From an uncultured Gemmatimonadales bacterium (lineage in GTDB: Bacteria; Gemmatimonadota; Gemmatimonadetes; Gemmatimonadales; Gemmatimonadaceae), in the NCBI GenBank assembly GCA_963701965.1, contig OY969695.1, positions 1,664,001 through 1,728,000 on the forward strand: a stretch of DNA of 64,000 nucleotides, written 5' to 3'. The first letter of the stretch is position 1, and the number at the start of each line of letters is the position of its first letter. The notes under the pieces were generated by a model. That model saw only the letters and a program-made list of their open reading frames with translations, had not been told where the DNA came from and made no database searches. The position numbers and the translations under genes were made by a program. Shown one piece after another: positions 32,371 through 43,154 of the stretch.

Positions 32371-32907
32371 ATGCTCCCCATTCGAGTCCGCCCCGCGGGC
32401 ATCAACGATACGGCGGCACTCACGGCGTTCGCGGCGCGGACGTTCCACGCGACGTACCACGCGTTCAACACGGCGGAGAACATGGCGGGCTACATGGCGG
32501 CCGCGTTCACCCCGGAGCGCATGCGGGCCGAGATCGTCGATCCGGCGGGGTTCGTCCTGCTCGCCGAGTCCGACGAGATCGTGGGATACGCCGCGATCGC
32601 GGGGCCACCGGCACCGGCAGCCGTCCCGTACGCGGGCGCGCTCGAGATCAAGCGCTTTTACGTCAATGGGGCGTGGCACGGTCACGGCATTGCCCAGACA
32701 CTGATGCGCGCGGTCATCGAGACGGCGCGCGCCCGCGGCGCGCCGGCGGTGTGGCTCGGCGTGTGGAATCAGAATCCGCGGGCCATCGCGTTCTATCGGA
32801 AATCGGGGTTTACCGATGCGGGCGCGCATGCGTTTCAACTCGGCGACGAAACGCAATCCGACATCCTCATGGTGCGGGAGACGGTCCCGGAGTTGCATCT
32901 TCCCTGA
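32371..32907 (+). CDS. GNAT acetyltransferase (PaiA-like)
   Basis: EIKRFYV..WHGHGIAQTLM, VWLGVWNQNPRAIAFYRKSGF. Confidence 0.92.
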   Translation: MLPIRVRPAGINDTAALTAFAARTFHATYHAFNTAENMAGYMAAAFTPERMRAEIVDPAGFVLLAESDEIVGYAAIAGPPAPAAVPYAGALEIKRFYVNGAWHGHGIAQTLMRAVIETARARGAPAVWLGVWNQNPRAIAFYRKSGFTDAGAHAFQLGDETQSDILMVRETVPELHLP

Positions 32908-32909
32908 CC

Positions 32910-33650
32910 ATGCTTTCGACCAAAAAAATCTACGGTGCGCTGCTCCTGGTCACGGCCAGCGTCGCCGGTGCGCAGGACACGACCAAGACCCCACGACCAC
33001 CCGTCGTGGTGTTTCACGGAGATCTCGGGTACGTCAGCACGACGGGGAATACCCAGGTCTCGACCTTCAACTTCACGGATCAACTCACGATCCACACGAG
33101 CCCCGTCAACAAGATCGATCAGAACCTGGGATGGGTGTACGGCCAGAATGACAATGTGGTGCAGACGAACATCTGGACGGCGTCTCTCCGCGACGAGTAT
33201 GCGCTGACCAAGCAGATCGGTCTCTACGCGCAGGTCGGATTCGATCGCAACCCGTTCGCGGGCATCGATCGCCGCCTGGAGGAAGGCGGGGGCCTGGCGA
33301 TCACGCCGGTCCTGCCGGCGCGGCACAAGCTGGAGTTCGACGCCGGTGCGGCCTACATCGAGCAACGATCGCTGCCCGACAGCACCGACAACCACGCGAC
33401 CGCGCGGGGCGCTGTCACTTACCGCTATACGTTCGGCAAAGACACGTACGCGCAGCAGTCGGTCGAGGCGCTCCCCAGCCTCGAAGAGCGCTCGGACTTT
33501 CGCATCAACTCCGAGACCGACCTCGTCGCCCCGCTCTCGCGTCACTTCGCGATCAAGTTGGGCTACACGATCCACTACGCGAACCTGCCACCGCCGGGCT
33601 TCAAGACGACCGACCGTCTCTTCACGTCGGACCTCCAAGTGACGTTCTGA
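32910..33650 (+). CDS. DUF481 outer-membrane beta-barrel protein
   Basis: Signal peptide, GYVSTTGNT, FAGIDRR, C-terminal F. Confidence 0.85.
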   Translation: MLSTKKIYGALLLVTASVAGAQDTTKTPRPPVVVFHGDLGYVSTTGNTQVSTFNFTDQLTIHTSPVNKIDQNLGWVYGQNDNVVQTNIWTASLRDEYALTKQIGLYAQVGFDRNPFAGIDRRLEEGGGLAITPVLPARHKLEFDAGAAYIEQRSLPDSTDNHATARGAVTYRYTFGKDTYAQQSVEALPSLEERSDFRINSETDLVAPLSRHFAIKLGYTIHYANLPPPGFKTTDRLFTSDLQVTF

Positions 33651-34963
33651 CACTCTCGATGATCTTCGACCAGGGCGTCGTGGCGTAGTGCATGCCGTAC
33701 GCCCGGTCGACATCGAGATGCTCGCGGGCCACGGCGCCGGCCGCCTCCCGCAGATACTCCGGCGTAAACCAGGTCGTGCTATCGTTCGGCGCGAAGAGAT
33801 CGCTGGAGTAGAGCAGCTTGTCGGCCGGCCAATAGACCATCATCTGCGCGCGCCCGTCTCCGCGCGATAGGGCACGATGCGCACCGTGCCGACGTCGACC
33901 GGCGCCGACACCACGCGCCACACGGGTTGCCGCGGCGCCCGCTGCAGTGAATCGGGGAACGTACGGTGGACCGCGCGCAGCGCGCGGGTCAGGATCGGCA
34001 CATTGAGATCGAGCGCGTAGATCGGGATGCCCCGCGCCGCATACTCGCGGATGCCCCATGTGCGGCCACGAGTCCGACGTCGTGATGACGCCCTTGACCG
34101 GCCGTCCCGGATATCGGCGCGCCACTTCGGCGAGCGCCTGCCGCGAATATCCGGAGGAGATCGGCGCCTCCAGAACGAGGATCCCGTCGGGTTGCACGAT
34201 CAGCGACACGTTCCAGGCGCCGGGCAAGAGAACGACGCCGGGCGCGACGTCTTGCGCGCGCTCCCCGTGCAGCACCGCCTCGTCGAGCGAACGGCGGTGC
34301 CGCGCGACGAACATCGCCTGGGTGGCCGAGTCGATGGCGAACGCGCTGTCCGGCACCGGGACGTCGAAGGCGAGCGCGGTGATGGATCGCGCCTCGTCCG
34401 GCAATCCGTTGCGCGTCCATTGGCGCTGCCGCGGCACCCGCACGCCATTGGGCTCCAACGTCCACATCGAGTACTCGTACCGCGTCACGAAGTCCCCCCA
34501 GACGTAGCAGCGCCACGTCCGGTTGGCGCACCAGATCCGGCGCGGCGAGCGCCTCCAACACGACGCGCGTCGGGAAATTCGCGAGCTCCTCATCGAGATC
34601 ATGCACCATCGGGTCGCCGCCGGTCGCCGTCGTGCGCGTCGCGCGCCCCGTCGCCGGCGGCGCGAAGTCCGGTGCTTGCAGCCACCATTCATTCTGCGAG
34701 TATCCCCGGGAGCGGAACGTCACGCGCATGCGCCCGCCAGTGAAGTCGAGCAGCTGCGTCTCGTCTTCGTAGTCCTGGAACCACGGACCCTCGGGGCGCT
34801 CCGACTGCTCCAGCATGTTCCGATGCCCGATGCTGGCGATCTGCACGCTGTGTATCGCGCGCAACCGCGCCTCGCCACCCATGGCGTCGATCGACCGCCG
34901 GATGAGACCGCGCGCCGTCGAGTCTGCCGGCACCACGAGCAGCATCGTCAAGAGAAACGTCAT
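33622..34963 (-). CDS. Metallo-beta-lactamase-fold secreted protein, multiply frameshifted
   Basis: AMGG..RLRAI, GILVLEAP, ITTSDSWPH(M)G, YSSDLF, GMH motifs spread over several frames. Confidence 0.65.
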
Positions 34964-35065
34964 GGGGCGGAGACTGCGGCCTGTCCCCTGCGGTTGCCAC
35001 CATGATGTCGCAAACGGCGGCGCGGGTGTCGCCAGCGGCGCAAAGTTTGCCCCGGCTCCGTTGTC

Positions 35066-35359
35066 ATGGATGAAGTCGTCGTGCAATTCAACGAGATGTT
35101 TAGCGCGAGCGACGGCGTGCCGTATCTGCCCCGCGTCTGCGCCCGCGAAGATGACATCGGCCGCTGGGAGGGCTGGCTCGAGTTCGACTCGCCCTTGGGC
35201 GGGCCCCCGCTCCGCTCGGCGCGCGAGACGGTCCAGCCCAACCGCGCCGATCTCGCCTACTGGGCCGGCGGGCTCACACGGGTGTATCTGGAGGGCGCCC
35301 TGCGGCGCGCCGAGGACGAAACGCGACGCAACTGGTACGAGGATGACCTGAGCGGATAG
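35066..35359 (+). CDS. Conserved-looking hypothetical protein
   Basis: WEGWLEF...RETVQPNR.DL.YWA.GLT.VYLEGAL; good codon bias. Confidence 0.65.
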   Translation: MDEVVVQFNEMFSASDGVPYLPRVCAREDDIGRWEGWLEFDSPLGGPPLRSARETVQPNRADLAYWAGGLTRVYLEGALRRAEDETRRNWYEDDLSG

Positions 35360-35364
35360 GCGGG

Positions 35365-36006
35365 ATGGTGCCATTCTTGAGCACCATGAAAGTGCTCGTC
35401 CTTGGCGCCTCCGGACGCCTGGGCCGCGTCCTCGTGATGCGCGCCCTCTCTGCCGGCCACACCGTCACCGCCTTCACGCGTACGCCGGCACAATATCTGT
35501 CCGGCGATCCATCCGTTCGCATCTACGGCGGCAGCGTCGGCCAACCCCGCGCCGTCCGCGCCGCCGTGCGCGATCAAGATGCGGTCATCTGGGCGGTGGC
35601 GCCGGCGGAGCTGGACGGCCTGCGGCTCGTGCTGCGGGAGATGACCAGCGCGGGGACGCGGAGCGTCATCCACGTGAGTGACGCCGCGGCGAGCTCGGAC
35701 ACGCGCTCCGCGGGGGGCGCGGCCGCGCGGCTCCTGGAGAGCGTCACCGGCCGCTCGCCGGGTCGCGCCGCCCGCGACCGCGAGTCGGTGGTCTCTGATA
35801 GCCCGCTGGAATGGACCATTGTGCGGCCGGCGCGCCTCACCCTCGGCCCCCTCACAGGAACATATGCCGCGACCGTTGATCCGGAGGCCGTCCGCATGAC
35901 GAGCATCTCGCGCGCCGACGTCGCCGCGTTCATTACCACGCAGCTGGCCGACCGCACGTTCGTCGGACAGGCGCCCCATCTAACGTCCACGAGCGGCCGG
36001 GTGTAG
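35365..36006 (+). CDS. NAD(P)H-binding protein (biliverdin reductase B-like)
   Basis: VLGASGRLG, WTIVRPARL, ISRADVAAF. Confidence 0.88.
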   Translation: MVPFLSTMKVLVLGASGRLGRVLVMRALSAGHTVTAFTRTPAQYLSGDPSVRIYGGSVGQPRAVRAAVRDQDAVIWAVAPAELDGLRLVLREMTSAGTRSVIHVSDAAASSDTRSAGGAAARLLESVTGRSPGRAARDRESVVSDSPLEWTIVRPARLTLGPLTGTYAATVDPEAVRMTSISRADVAAFITTQLADRTFVGQAPHLTSTSGRV

Positions 36007-36017
36007 GTTGACGCTCC

Positions 36018-37331
36018 ATGGCACCCTCCAACGCCCTCCCCAAGGACTGGACGACGGCGGGACGCATCCCGTCGTACCAGGATTGGCTCACCGAGACCAA
36101 CCGCGGCGCGTTCAAGCCGCGTAGCAAACTGCTGCAGCGCGTCGATCAGGCGATCAAGCAGTGGAATCTCACGCCGAACGCCGACACGACCATCACGCTC
36201 TCCAATGCGATCGACGTGTGGCGCCGGTCCAATCCCGAGTGGGAGAAGCGCAACAAGACGGGCACCATCAGCAAGACAATGTCGGCGCTCGCCCACTTCA
36301 AGCGACTGGATTTCCACGCCAAGTTCACGTCGGCCGACGTCATGGCGCTGCAGTGCATCCGCGAGGAGCGCGAGGCACTCCTCCAGCGGTTCATCGGCAA
36401 GGACGTCACGTTCAAGGGCAAACACGTCCGCGCCAAGCTCAAAGAGGCGGTCGACGACTTCAAGTCGGACGTGCGCGCCGCGCCGGGCTACGTCCAGAAG
36501 CTGACGCCCCAACAAGCCGTCAACGACCTGCAGGGCGCCCTCACGAAAATGGCGGCGGCGATCTTCTGCGTCGACAACCTGACGGTGATCGGCGACATCA
36601 TGAGCTACATCTCGCCGCTCATCGGCCAGTGCGCGGCCAGCGCGGCGCCGTTCGTCTCCAACATCACGGGCATCTACAACTGCTGCAGCACGCTGGCGAT
36701 CGCCTGCAAGAAGGTGTACGAGGAGAACGATGCCTGGAAGCACGTTCCCTACGCTATCGATACGGGCACGCCCAGCGCGGCATTCAAGGGCCTGTCCAAG
36801 TGCATGGAGCGGGAGACCAACAGCGCGCTGGCCAGCGCCGCAAACGCCAGTGTCTCGTTCGCGGCCCAGACGGCGCTCATCTTCGCGGACGGCGGCGTGT
36901 TCAGCGGCCCCGCCGTCGGTCTGGCGAGCTGGATGGCCAGCGTTTCCCAGACCCTAATGTTGTTGGCCATGGAGTGGCGGGCGACGAACAAGTACAACGA
37001 GTTGATCGCCGCGGCCAAAGCCAGCCAGGACAAGCTCGATTGGGACGTGTTCAAGGTCTACCCGCTCATCGGCTGCTATTACCTGGTCATCGGCAACACC
37101 AGCGACATCATTCCGATCGACTACTTCGGGGAGCGGGACTGGATGACGCGGTTCGAGCGGGTCAAGCGCGACCACTTCGATAGCATCTACGACAAGGCCT
37201 GCGACCTGATCGACGCCTCGCCGTGGGAGATCATCGGCCTCCCCAAGCGGAAACAGGGCACCAGCCTGACGCTGGGCAGTCTCGCCAGCTTCGCCTTCGA
37301 CCAGGGCGCGGGAATAGTCGGCCAGGCCTGA
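36018..37331 (+). CDS. Hypothetical 437-aa protein
   Basis: Long ORF with strong GC3 bias; no recognised family. Confidence 0.8.
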   Translation: MAPSNALPKDWTTAGRIPSYQDWLTETNRGAFKPRSKLLQRVDQAIKQWNLTPNADTTITLSNAIDVWRRSNPEWEKRNKTGTISKTMSALAHFKRLDFHAKFTSADVMALQCIREEREALLQRFIGKDVTFKGKHVRAKLKEAVDDFKSDVRAAPGYVQKLTPQQAVNDLQGALTKMAAAIFCVDNLTVIGDIMSYISPLIGQCAASAAPFVSNITGIYNCCSTLAIACKKVYEENDAWKHVPYAIDTGTPSAAFKGLSKCMERETNSALASAANASVSFAAQTALIFADGGVFSGPAVGLASWMASVSQTLMLLAMEWRATNKYNELIAAAKASQDKLDWDVFKVYPLIGCYYLVIGNTSDIIPIDYFGERDWMTRFERVKRDHFDSIYDKACDLIDASPWEIIGLPKRKQGTSLTLGSLASFAFDQGAGIVGQA

Positions 37332-37386
37332 GCATTTCTGACGGGTGGTGCGTATACAGCGTGTCACCGACCCGTTGGGAGTCCTG

Positions 37387-39375
37387 ATGCATCGTTTCGC
37401 CGCCGCCATCTGTCTCGCGTGTGCCCTGTCGCAACCGGCTCTCGCCCAGCACCGGGCGATGACGGTCGGCGATATGGCGCTGGAAAAAGGCGTGGGCGAT
37501 CCGCGGCTCTCGCCCGACGGACGCACGGTCGCCTACGTCCGCACCACGACCGACTACACGACGGACGCGATCACGAACGAGATCGTGCTGATCGATCTCG
37601 CCTCCGGCAAGGCGACGCATACGTTTGCGGGAACGTCGCCGCGCTGGTCGCCCGACGGGGCGGCGATCGCCTATACCGTGAAAACCGGCATCTCGGTCTA
37701 CGACGTGGCGTCAGGTCAGTCGCGTACCGTGGCCACGGTCTACGAGACCGACAACTGGACCGGCAATGCCACGCTCAAGAACTTCGCGTGGTCGCCAGAC
37801 GGCGCCTCGATCGCGTTCGTGGGGACGGAGGCTCCGCGTCCCGCACCCACCAGCAATGTCCGGGCGTACTCGCGCATCATGTACAAGACGCGGACGGGCT
37901 TCACCGACGATCGGCGCACCCACATCTGGGTCGTGTCGGCGAAGGGTGACGAGCCGCGCGTGTTGACGCCGGGCAATCACGATGAGCATTCGTTGGCCTG
38001 GTCGCCCGACAGCAAACGGATCGCGTTCGTCAGCGACCGGTCGCCGGATCCCGACAACGCGTATCACAACGACTTGTGGACGGTGGATGTCGCCAGTGGC
38101 GCCATCACGCGCCTGACCGACACGCCGGGCGCCGAGTTCGCCCCCGTCTGGTCGGCGGATGGCACCCAGCTGGCCTATCCGGCGTGGACGCGCCCGCACA
38201 ATACCAAAGACAGTCCGTCCGAGGATACCCACGCCTGGGTGATCGCGGCGACCGGCGGCGCGCCGCACCAGTTGGCCCCGACGCTCGACCGGCGCATCTC
38301 GGAAGTCAGCTGGCAACCCGGCGCGCCCGTCGTGTATTTCGCGGCGACGGATCACGGCTCGAGCGCCATCTACCGCGCGCCGGCCGCCGGCGGCGCCGCG
38401 CAGCGGCTTGTCAACTGTCTGTGCACCGTTCGGCAGTACTCGTTCGACAAAGCCGGGAAGCTCATGACATTCGTCAAGACGGACGTCACGCACCCGCCCG
38501 AGGTCTGGATCTCCGCGACCGACGGTTCCGGGGCCCGGCAGCTGACGCACGATCAGGACGCGCTCCTGGCACAGGTCACCATGGCCGACGCCGAGATGGT
38601 GGAAGTGCCGAGCTTCGACGGGACGCGCGTGCAGGGATGGGTCATGAAGCCGGTGGGCCTCCGCGAGGGGCAGCGGTACCCACTCATCCTCTCGATTCAC
38701 GGCGGCCCCCACGGCATGTTCGGCTACACGTTCTCCGACCGGTTCCAGATGCTCGTCGGCCGGGGATATGGCGTCGTGTTCCTCAACCCGCGCGGGAGCT
38801 CGGGTTACGGGCAGACGTTCTCCGACGGCACGGTGCTCAACTGGGGTGGCGGCGACTACAAGGACTTGATGATCGGGCTCGATAGCGCGATCCACCGGAA
38901 CGCGTCGTGGGTCGACACGGCACGCCTGGGCGTTACCGGCGGCAGCTACGGCGGGTTCATGACCAACTGGGTCATCACCCAGACGCCGCGGTTCAAGGCG
39001 GCGGTGTCCGTCGCCAGCGTGAGCAATCTGATCAGCTTCTACGGCACGTCGTTATACACGGACCTCATTGAGGCCGAGTTCAACATGAGCCCCAAGGACA
39101 ACTACCCGTTGCTCTGGCAGTGGTCGCCGCTCGCCCACGTGGAGCACGTGACGACGCCGACGCTGTTCTTGCATGGCGAGATCGACCACGATGTGCCGAT
39201 CACGCAGGCCGAAGAGATGTACGTGGCGCTCGGGAAGCTCGGCGTGCCGACGACCATCGTCCGCTATCCGAACGAAGGGCACGGATTCCGGCAGCCCACC
39301 CACATCGTCGACAGCATCAAGCGCACGGATCAGTGGTTCGACCAATATCTGCGGTCCGGCGCCGTGACGCAGTAG
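37387..39375 (+). CDS. S9 family prolyl oligopeptidase/acylaminoacyl peptidase
   Basis: PD40 WSPD repeats, IHGGPH, GGSYGG, HGEIDHDVP, EGH. Confidence 0.95.
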   Translation: MHRFAAAICLACALSQPALAQHRAMTVGDMALEKGVGDPRLSPDGRTVAYVRTTTDYTTDAITNEIVLIDLASGKATHTFAGTSPRWSPDGAAIAYTVKTGISVYDVASGQSRTVATVYETDNWTGNATLKNFAWSPDGASIAFVGTEAPRPAPTSNVRAYSRIMYKTRTGFTDDRRTHIWVVSAKGDEPRVLTPGNHDEHSLAWSPDSKRIAFVSDRSPDPDNAYHNDLWTVDVASGAITRLTDTPGAEFAPVWSADGTQLAYPAWTRPHNTKDSPSEDTHAWVIAATGGAPHQLAPTLDRRISEVSWQPGAPVVYFAATDHGSSAIYRAPAAGGAAQRLVNCLCTVRQYSFDKAGKLMTFVKTDVTHPPEVWISATDGSGARQLTHDQDALLAQVTMADAEMVEVPSFDGTRVQGWVMKPVGLREGQRYPLILSIHGGPHGMFGYTFSDRFQMLVGRGYGVVFLNPRGSSGYGQTFSDGTVLNWGGGDYKDLMIGLDSAIHRNASWVDTARLGVTGGSYGGFMTNWVITQTPRFKAAVSVASVSNLISFYGTSLYTDLIEAEFNMSPKDNYPLLWQWSPLAHVEHVTTPTLFLHGEIDHDVPITQAEEMYVALGKLGVPTTIVRYPNEGHGFRQPTHIVDSIKRTDQWFDQYLRSGAVTQ

Positions 39376-39383
39376 ACTCGAGA

Positions 39384-40595
39384 TCAGACGCGCTCGACGA
39401 TAGTGGCGATGCCCTGACCGCCACCGATACAGAGGGTGATGAGTCCGGTGGCTAGATCGCGCCGCTCCAACTCGTCGAGCACCGTTCCCACGAGCATCGC
39501 GCCGGTCGCGCCCAACGGGTGGCCCAGCGCGATGGCGCCCCCGTTCACGTTGACGCGCGCGGGGTCGATGTTCAACTCGCGCATCGTCATGATCGGCACC
39601 ACCGCGAACGCCTCGTTGATCTCCCAGAGATCGATGTCGGTGACCGACATGCCGGCCGCGGCCAACGCTTTGCGCGACGCGGGCGCCGGCGCGGTCAGCA
39701 TGATGAGCGGCTCGCTCCCGATCGTGGCCATGGCCCGTATGCGGGCCCGGGCCTTGAGCCCGTGCGCGCGGACGTATTCCGGCGACGCGACCAGCACCGC
39801 GGCGGCGCCATCGACGATGCCGCTGGAGTTGCCCGCCGTGTGCACGTGGCGGATCGTGCCCGCCTCCGGGTACCGCGCCAGCGCGATCGGGTCCAGCGTG
39901 ACGCCGATCTCGGCGAACGCCGGCGGCAACCCCGCCAACGCCTCCATCGTCGTAGTCGGCCGCGTGTACTCGTCGAAATCGAGGAGCACCGCCCCGGTCG
40001 CCGGATCCGTGACCGGAATCAGGCTGCGGCTGAACCGGCACTCGCGCTGCGCCACGGCGGCCCGGCGCTGCGACTCCAGCGCAAACGCATCGACGTCCGC
40101 CCGTGACACACCGTAGAGGCTGGCGATGAGATCCGCGCTCTCGCCTTGCGGCACCTGATACACGCGCTCGCGGAGCCGCACGTTGCCGCCATCCGTCCCG
40201 CCACCATCCGCGCCCAGCGACAGGTGTGACATGCTCTCGACGCCACCGCCCACCGCGACCTGCTGAACGCCCGCGGCCACGCCCATCGCCGCGAAGTTGA
40301 CCGCCTGGAGCCCCGAGCCGCAGAAGCGATTGATGCTGGTGGCCGACACGTGATCCGGCCATCCGGCCGCCAGAACGGAGTTCCGCGCGATGTTCGCGCC
40401 CTGGACCCCCACCTGCGACACGCAACCGGCGACCACGTCGTCGACGTCATCCGGCGCCACGCCGCTCTTGGCCGCCAGCCCGTTGAGCGCCTGCGCCAAG
40501 AGCTCCTGCGGATGGATCTCCGTCAGGGCGCCTTTCCCGCGCTTCCCCTTTCCGCGCGGTGTGCGTACCGCGTCGACGATCAGTGCCTCGGCCAT
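39384..40595 (-). CDS. Acetyl-CoA C-acyltransferase (thiolase)
   Basis: [30 protein letters not shown]. Confidence 0.96.
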   Translation of the reverse strand: MAEALIVDAVRTPRGKGKRGKGALTEIHPQELLAQALNGLAAKSGVAPDDVDDVVAGCVSQVGVQGANIARNSVLAAGWPDHVSATSINRFCGSGLQAVNFAAMGVAAGVQQVAVGGGVESMSHLSLGADGGGTDGGNVRLRERVYQVPQGESADLIASLYGVSRADVDAFALESQRRAAVAQRECRFSRSLIPVTDPATGAVLLDFDEYTRPTTTMEALAGLPPAFAEIGVTLDPIALARYPEAGTIRHVHTAGNSSGIVDGAAAVLVASPEYVRAHGLKARARIRAMATIGSEPLIMLTAPAPASRKALAAAGMSVTDIDLWEINEAFAVVPIMTMRELNIDPARVNVNGGAIALGHPLGATGAMLVGTVLDELERRDLATGLITLCIGGGQGIATIVERV

Positions 40596-40654
40596 TGGTT
40601 CCTCCGGCGTCTGACACTAAAAATCGGAAGAGCGCCCCGCTGGTTCCCCGCCCC

Positions 40655-41947
40655 TCAGGCGCCTACCGTACTGGCCACGCGCGCAAACTCGGCGAACCCT
40701 TCCGCGTCGTTGGCCGCGGCCGCGATGCGTTGGACGCCCTCCAGCAACCGTTCGAGGCTCGTCGCGATCGACAGCCGCAGAAAGTGTTGTCCCTCGGCGC
40801 CGATCCGCCCGAACGACATGCGATCCATGGTCGCCACGCCATACCGCTCCAACAGGAACGCCTGCAACGCGCGCGAGGGCGACGTCCACGCCCCGCCGCT
40901 CTCCATGGCGCCCAGTCGCTCGCAGAGACCGGCCACGTTGGGAAACACATAGAACGCGCCGCGCGGCGTCTGGCAGCGGACGCCCTCGACGCGGTTCAAC
41001 GCCGCGACGACCTTCGTGCGGCGCTCCTCGAACGCGGCGACCATCTGGGCGATGGCCGGTTTCGACGCCGGACTCTCCAACGCCACCGTTCCGGCCACCT
41101 GAATGAACGGCGGAACGCAGGATACCGTGTTGATCGTCAGCTGCTTGAACACGGTCGCCTCTTCCGCGGTCGGCAGGACCGCCCAACCGAGGCGCCAGCC
41201 GGTCATCGCGAACCCTTTCGATGCGCCCGAGGCGATGATCGTGCGTTCCGCCATCCCGTCTTCGGCCGCGATACTGTGATGCGTGGCCCCATTGAACAGG
41301 ATGTCCTCGTAGATCTCGTCGGAGTAGACGCGGACGTCCGGCCGGCACCGCTCCCGGATCGCCGTGGCCATGGCCCGGAGCTCTGGCTGCGTCAGGACGC
41401 CGCCCGTGGGGTTCGACGGCGAGCACAGAATGATGACCTTCGTCCGCTTGGAGAGGCGGGCGATGAGGTCATCCGCCGTGAACGAAAAGCCCGTTTCCTC
41501 GCGCAGCGGCAACGGCACCGGCGTGGCGCCGACGTACGTGATCCACGATTCGTAGATCGGGAATCCGGGACTGGGATAGATCACCTCGTCGCCCGGGTCG
41601 ACATAGGTCTGCATCGTGAAACCGATGGACGGCTTGCCGCCCGTCGTCACGATGACCTGGGCCGGGTCGACGGTGATGCCCCGCGTGCGCCGGATGTGTG
41701 CGGCGATGGCTTCCCGCAGCGGCCGGATGCCCTGGGGATCGGTGTAATGCGAGTTGCCGCGGCGGATTTCGGCGCAGGCGGCCTCGTTGATGTGGGGCGC
41801 GCTGTCGAAATCGGGCTCGCCGATGTTCAACCGAATGACGTCGATCCCTCGGGCGGCGAGTCCCGGGGTCACGCGGGCGATATCGTCGCCCACACGGAAG
41901 GCGTTCTCGGTGCCCAAGGCAGCGAGGCGAGTGGCGAAGAGCGTCAT
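40655..41947 (-). CDS. Class I/II PLP-dependent aminotransferase (AspB-like)
   Basis: IGEPDF, SPSNPTG, SDEIY, SKGFAMTGWRLG, GAFY. Confidence 0.95.
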   Translation of the reverse strand: MTLFATRLAALGTENAFRVGDDIARVTPGLAARGIDVIRLNIGEPDFDSAPHINEAACAEIRRGNSHYTDPQGIRPLREAIAAHIRRTRGITVDPAQVIVTTGGKPSIGFTMQTYVDPGDEVIYPSPGFPIYESWITYVGATPVPLPLREETGFSFTADDLIARLSKRTKVIILCSPSNPTGGVLTQPELRAMATAIRERCRPDVRVYSDEIYEDILFNGATHHSIAAEDGMAERTIIASGASKGFAMTGWRLGWAVLPTAEEATVFKQLTINTVSCVPPFIQVAGTVALESPASKPAIAQMVAAFEERRTKVVAALNRVEGVRCQTPRGAFYVFPNVAGLCERLGAMESGGAWTSPSRALQAFLLERYGVATMDRMSFGRIGAEGQHFLRLSIATSLERLLEGVQRIAAAANDAEGFAEFARVASTVGA

Positions 41948-41972
41948 GCCTGAAAACTACTGGATCGAAACG

Positions 41973-42852
41973 TCAGGCGCCGATGCCTTCCGAACCGCGG
42001 GGTACGTGTTGGTCGGCGGGCGTGCCGGCGACCGGCAGGGGAACCGCGATATCGGTGCGGACGAGTCCCGCCGCCACGCGGGCCAGGAAATCGTGGGGCT
42101 CGAGCTGGGTGGCCAGGGACGAGGGCAGGAACCCCGATACCGCCCGGACTTCGTTGGCCAGCCCGCGCGCCGTGGCGTACCCAAGCTTGGCCGCCACATC
42201 GCGCACGCGGGTCGCGCCGGGCGGACCCTGCGACAGGTAGTGATAGGCGCGGACGACGCGCGCCGCCCGCAGCAGCACCCATCCCGACAGCCACCCGGCG
42301 CGATCCAAGGCCTCGTGCAGTCGGCGGCGGTGACGGACGCCGGCCAGCCGGGCGAGATCTTCCACCGTGGTGATCGTATCGGGTGTGCGAAAGAGCTCTT
42401 CGACCGCCCGCGCGACGGCGATCGGCAGCCGCGCCAGCGCCGGACCAAGTCGGGTGAGCAGGATGTCGGCCAGCGCGTCCGCGGGGAGGCTCTCCAGATA
42501 CGCGCGGAACTGCATTGGCGCATCGTCGAAACCCTTGAGCACGAGGTGGCGATGGCCGCGCATGGCGAGCGCCATTCTGGGCCCGCATGGCCGCGGGGGA
42601 CACCGTCGTGTAGCTCACGACGTGGACGGACTCGTGGCGTCCCAGCACGCCGACCAGATCACCGAGCTGCCGGCCGCCCACGAGCGCGGGGTCGACGACG
42701 GCGATATCGACGCGCGAGAGGCGGAGCGCGGCGTCGAGTTCCTCGACCGTGCGGACAACGCGCACGACGTGGCGGCGTCCGGGCACCGCGCGAAACGATG
42801 CCATGAGATGATCGGGGAGCAACGCGACAATCTGCAGGCGGTCCTGCGGCAT
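41973..42852 (-). CDS. Receiver-like domain plus AraC-type HTH regulator (frameshift near 42580)
   Basis: VDIAVVDP...VSYTTVSP N-domain; TVEDLARLAGV...VRDVAAKLGYATARGL C-domain. Confidence 0.75.
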
Positions 42853-42985
42853 CACGTTCAAAGCGCACCGCCCACGCACGACTGTGCCGCGCCCCAGGAC
42901 GTCATCCCAAAACGCCCTCGCGCACCGCACTGTGGACGGGTCCAAACCACGTCGCGTCAACCACTTAAATTATTTGGAGCGCTTA

Positions 42986-43111
42986 ATGTTACGCCGCCTT
43001 TCGATCCTTGCTGCGACCGTCGCCGCGATGACCCTCGCGGCCTGTGCTTCCACCACCGCCCCTACTGCTTCCTGCGGCGGGACCTACGCCGGTGGCTCCA
43101 CGCACTGCTAA
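42986..43111 (+). CDS. 41-aa exported peptide with lipobox and C-terminal Cys-x10-Cys
   Basis: MLRRLSILAATVAAMTLAAC-ASTTAPTASCGGTYAGGSTHC*; GGAG RBS 6 nt upstream. Confidence 0.8.
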   Translation: MLRRLSILAATVAAMTLAACASTTAPTASCGGTYAGGSTHC

Positions 43112-43121
43112 AACGCACGCC

Positions 43122-43154
43122 GTTGGCGCCGGAGTCCTAAGCTCCGGCGCCGAC
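43122..43154. terminator. Hairpin between convergent peptide and TPR genes
   Basis: gttggcgccggag-tcctaag-ctccggcgccgac. Confidence 0.6.

Noticed and set aside
42986..43111. RiPP (lanthipeptide or sactipeptide) precursor
   Set aside because: It has a Sec/lipoprotein signal rather than a leader, and no modifying enzyme is adjacent
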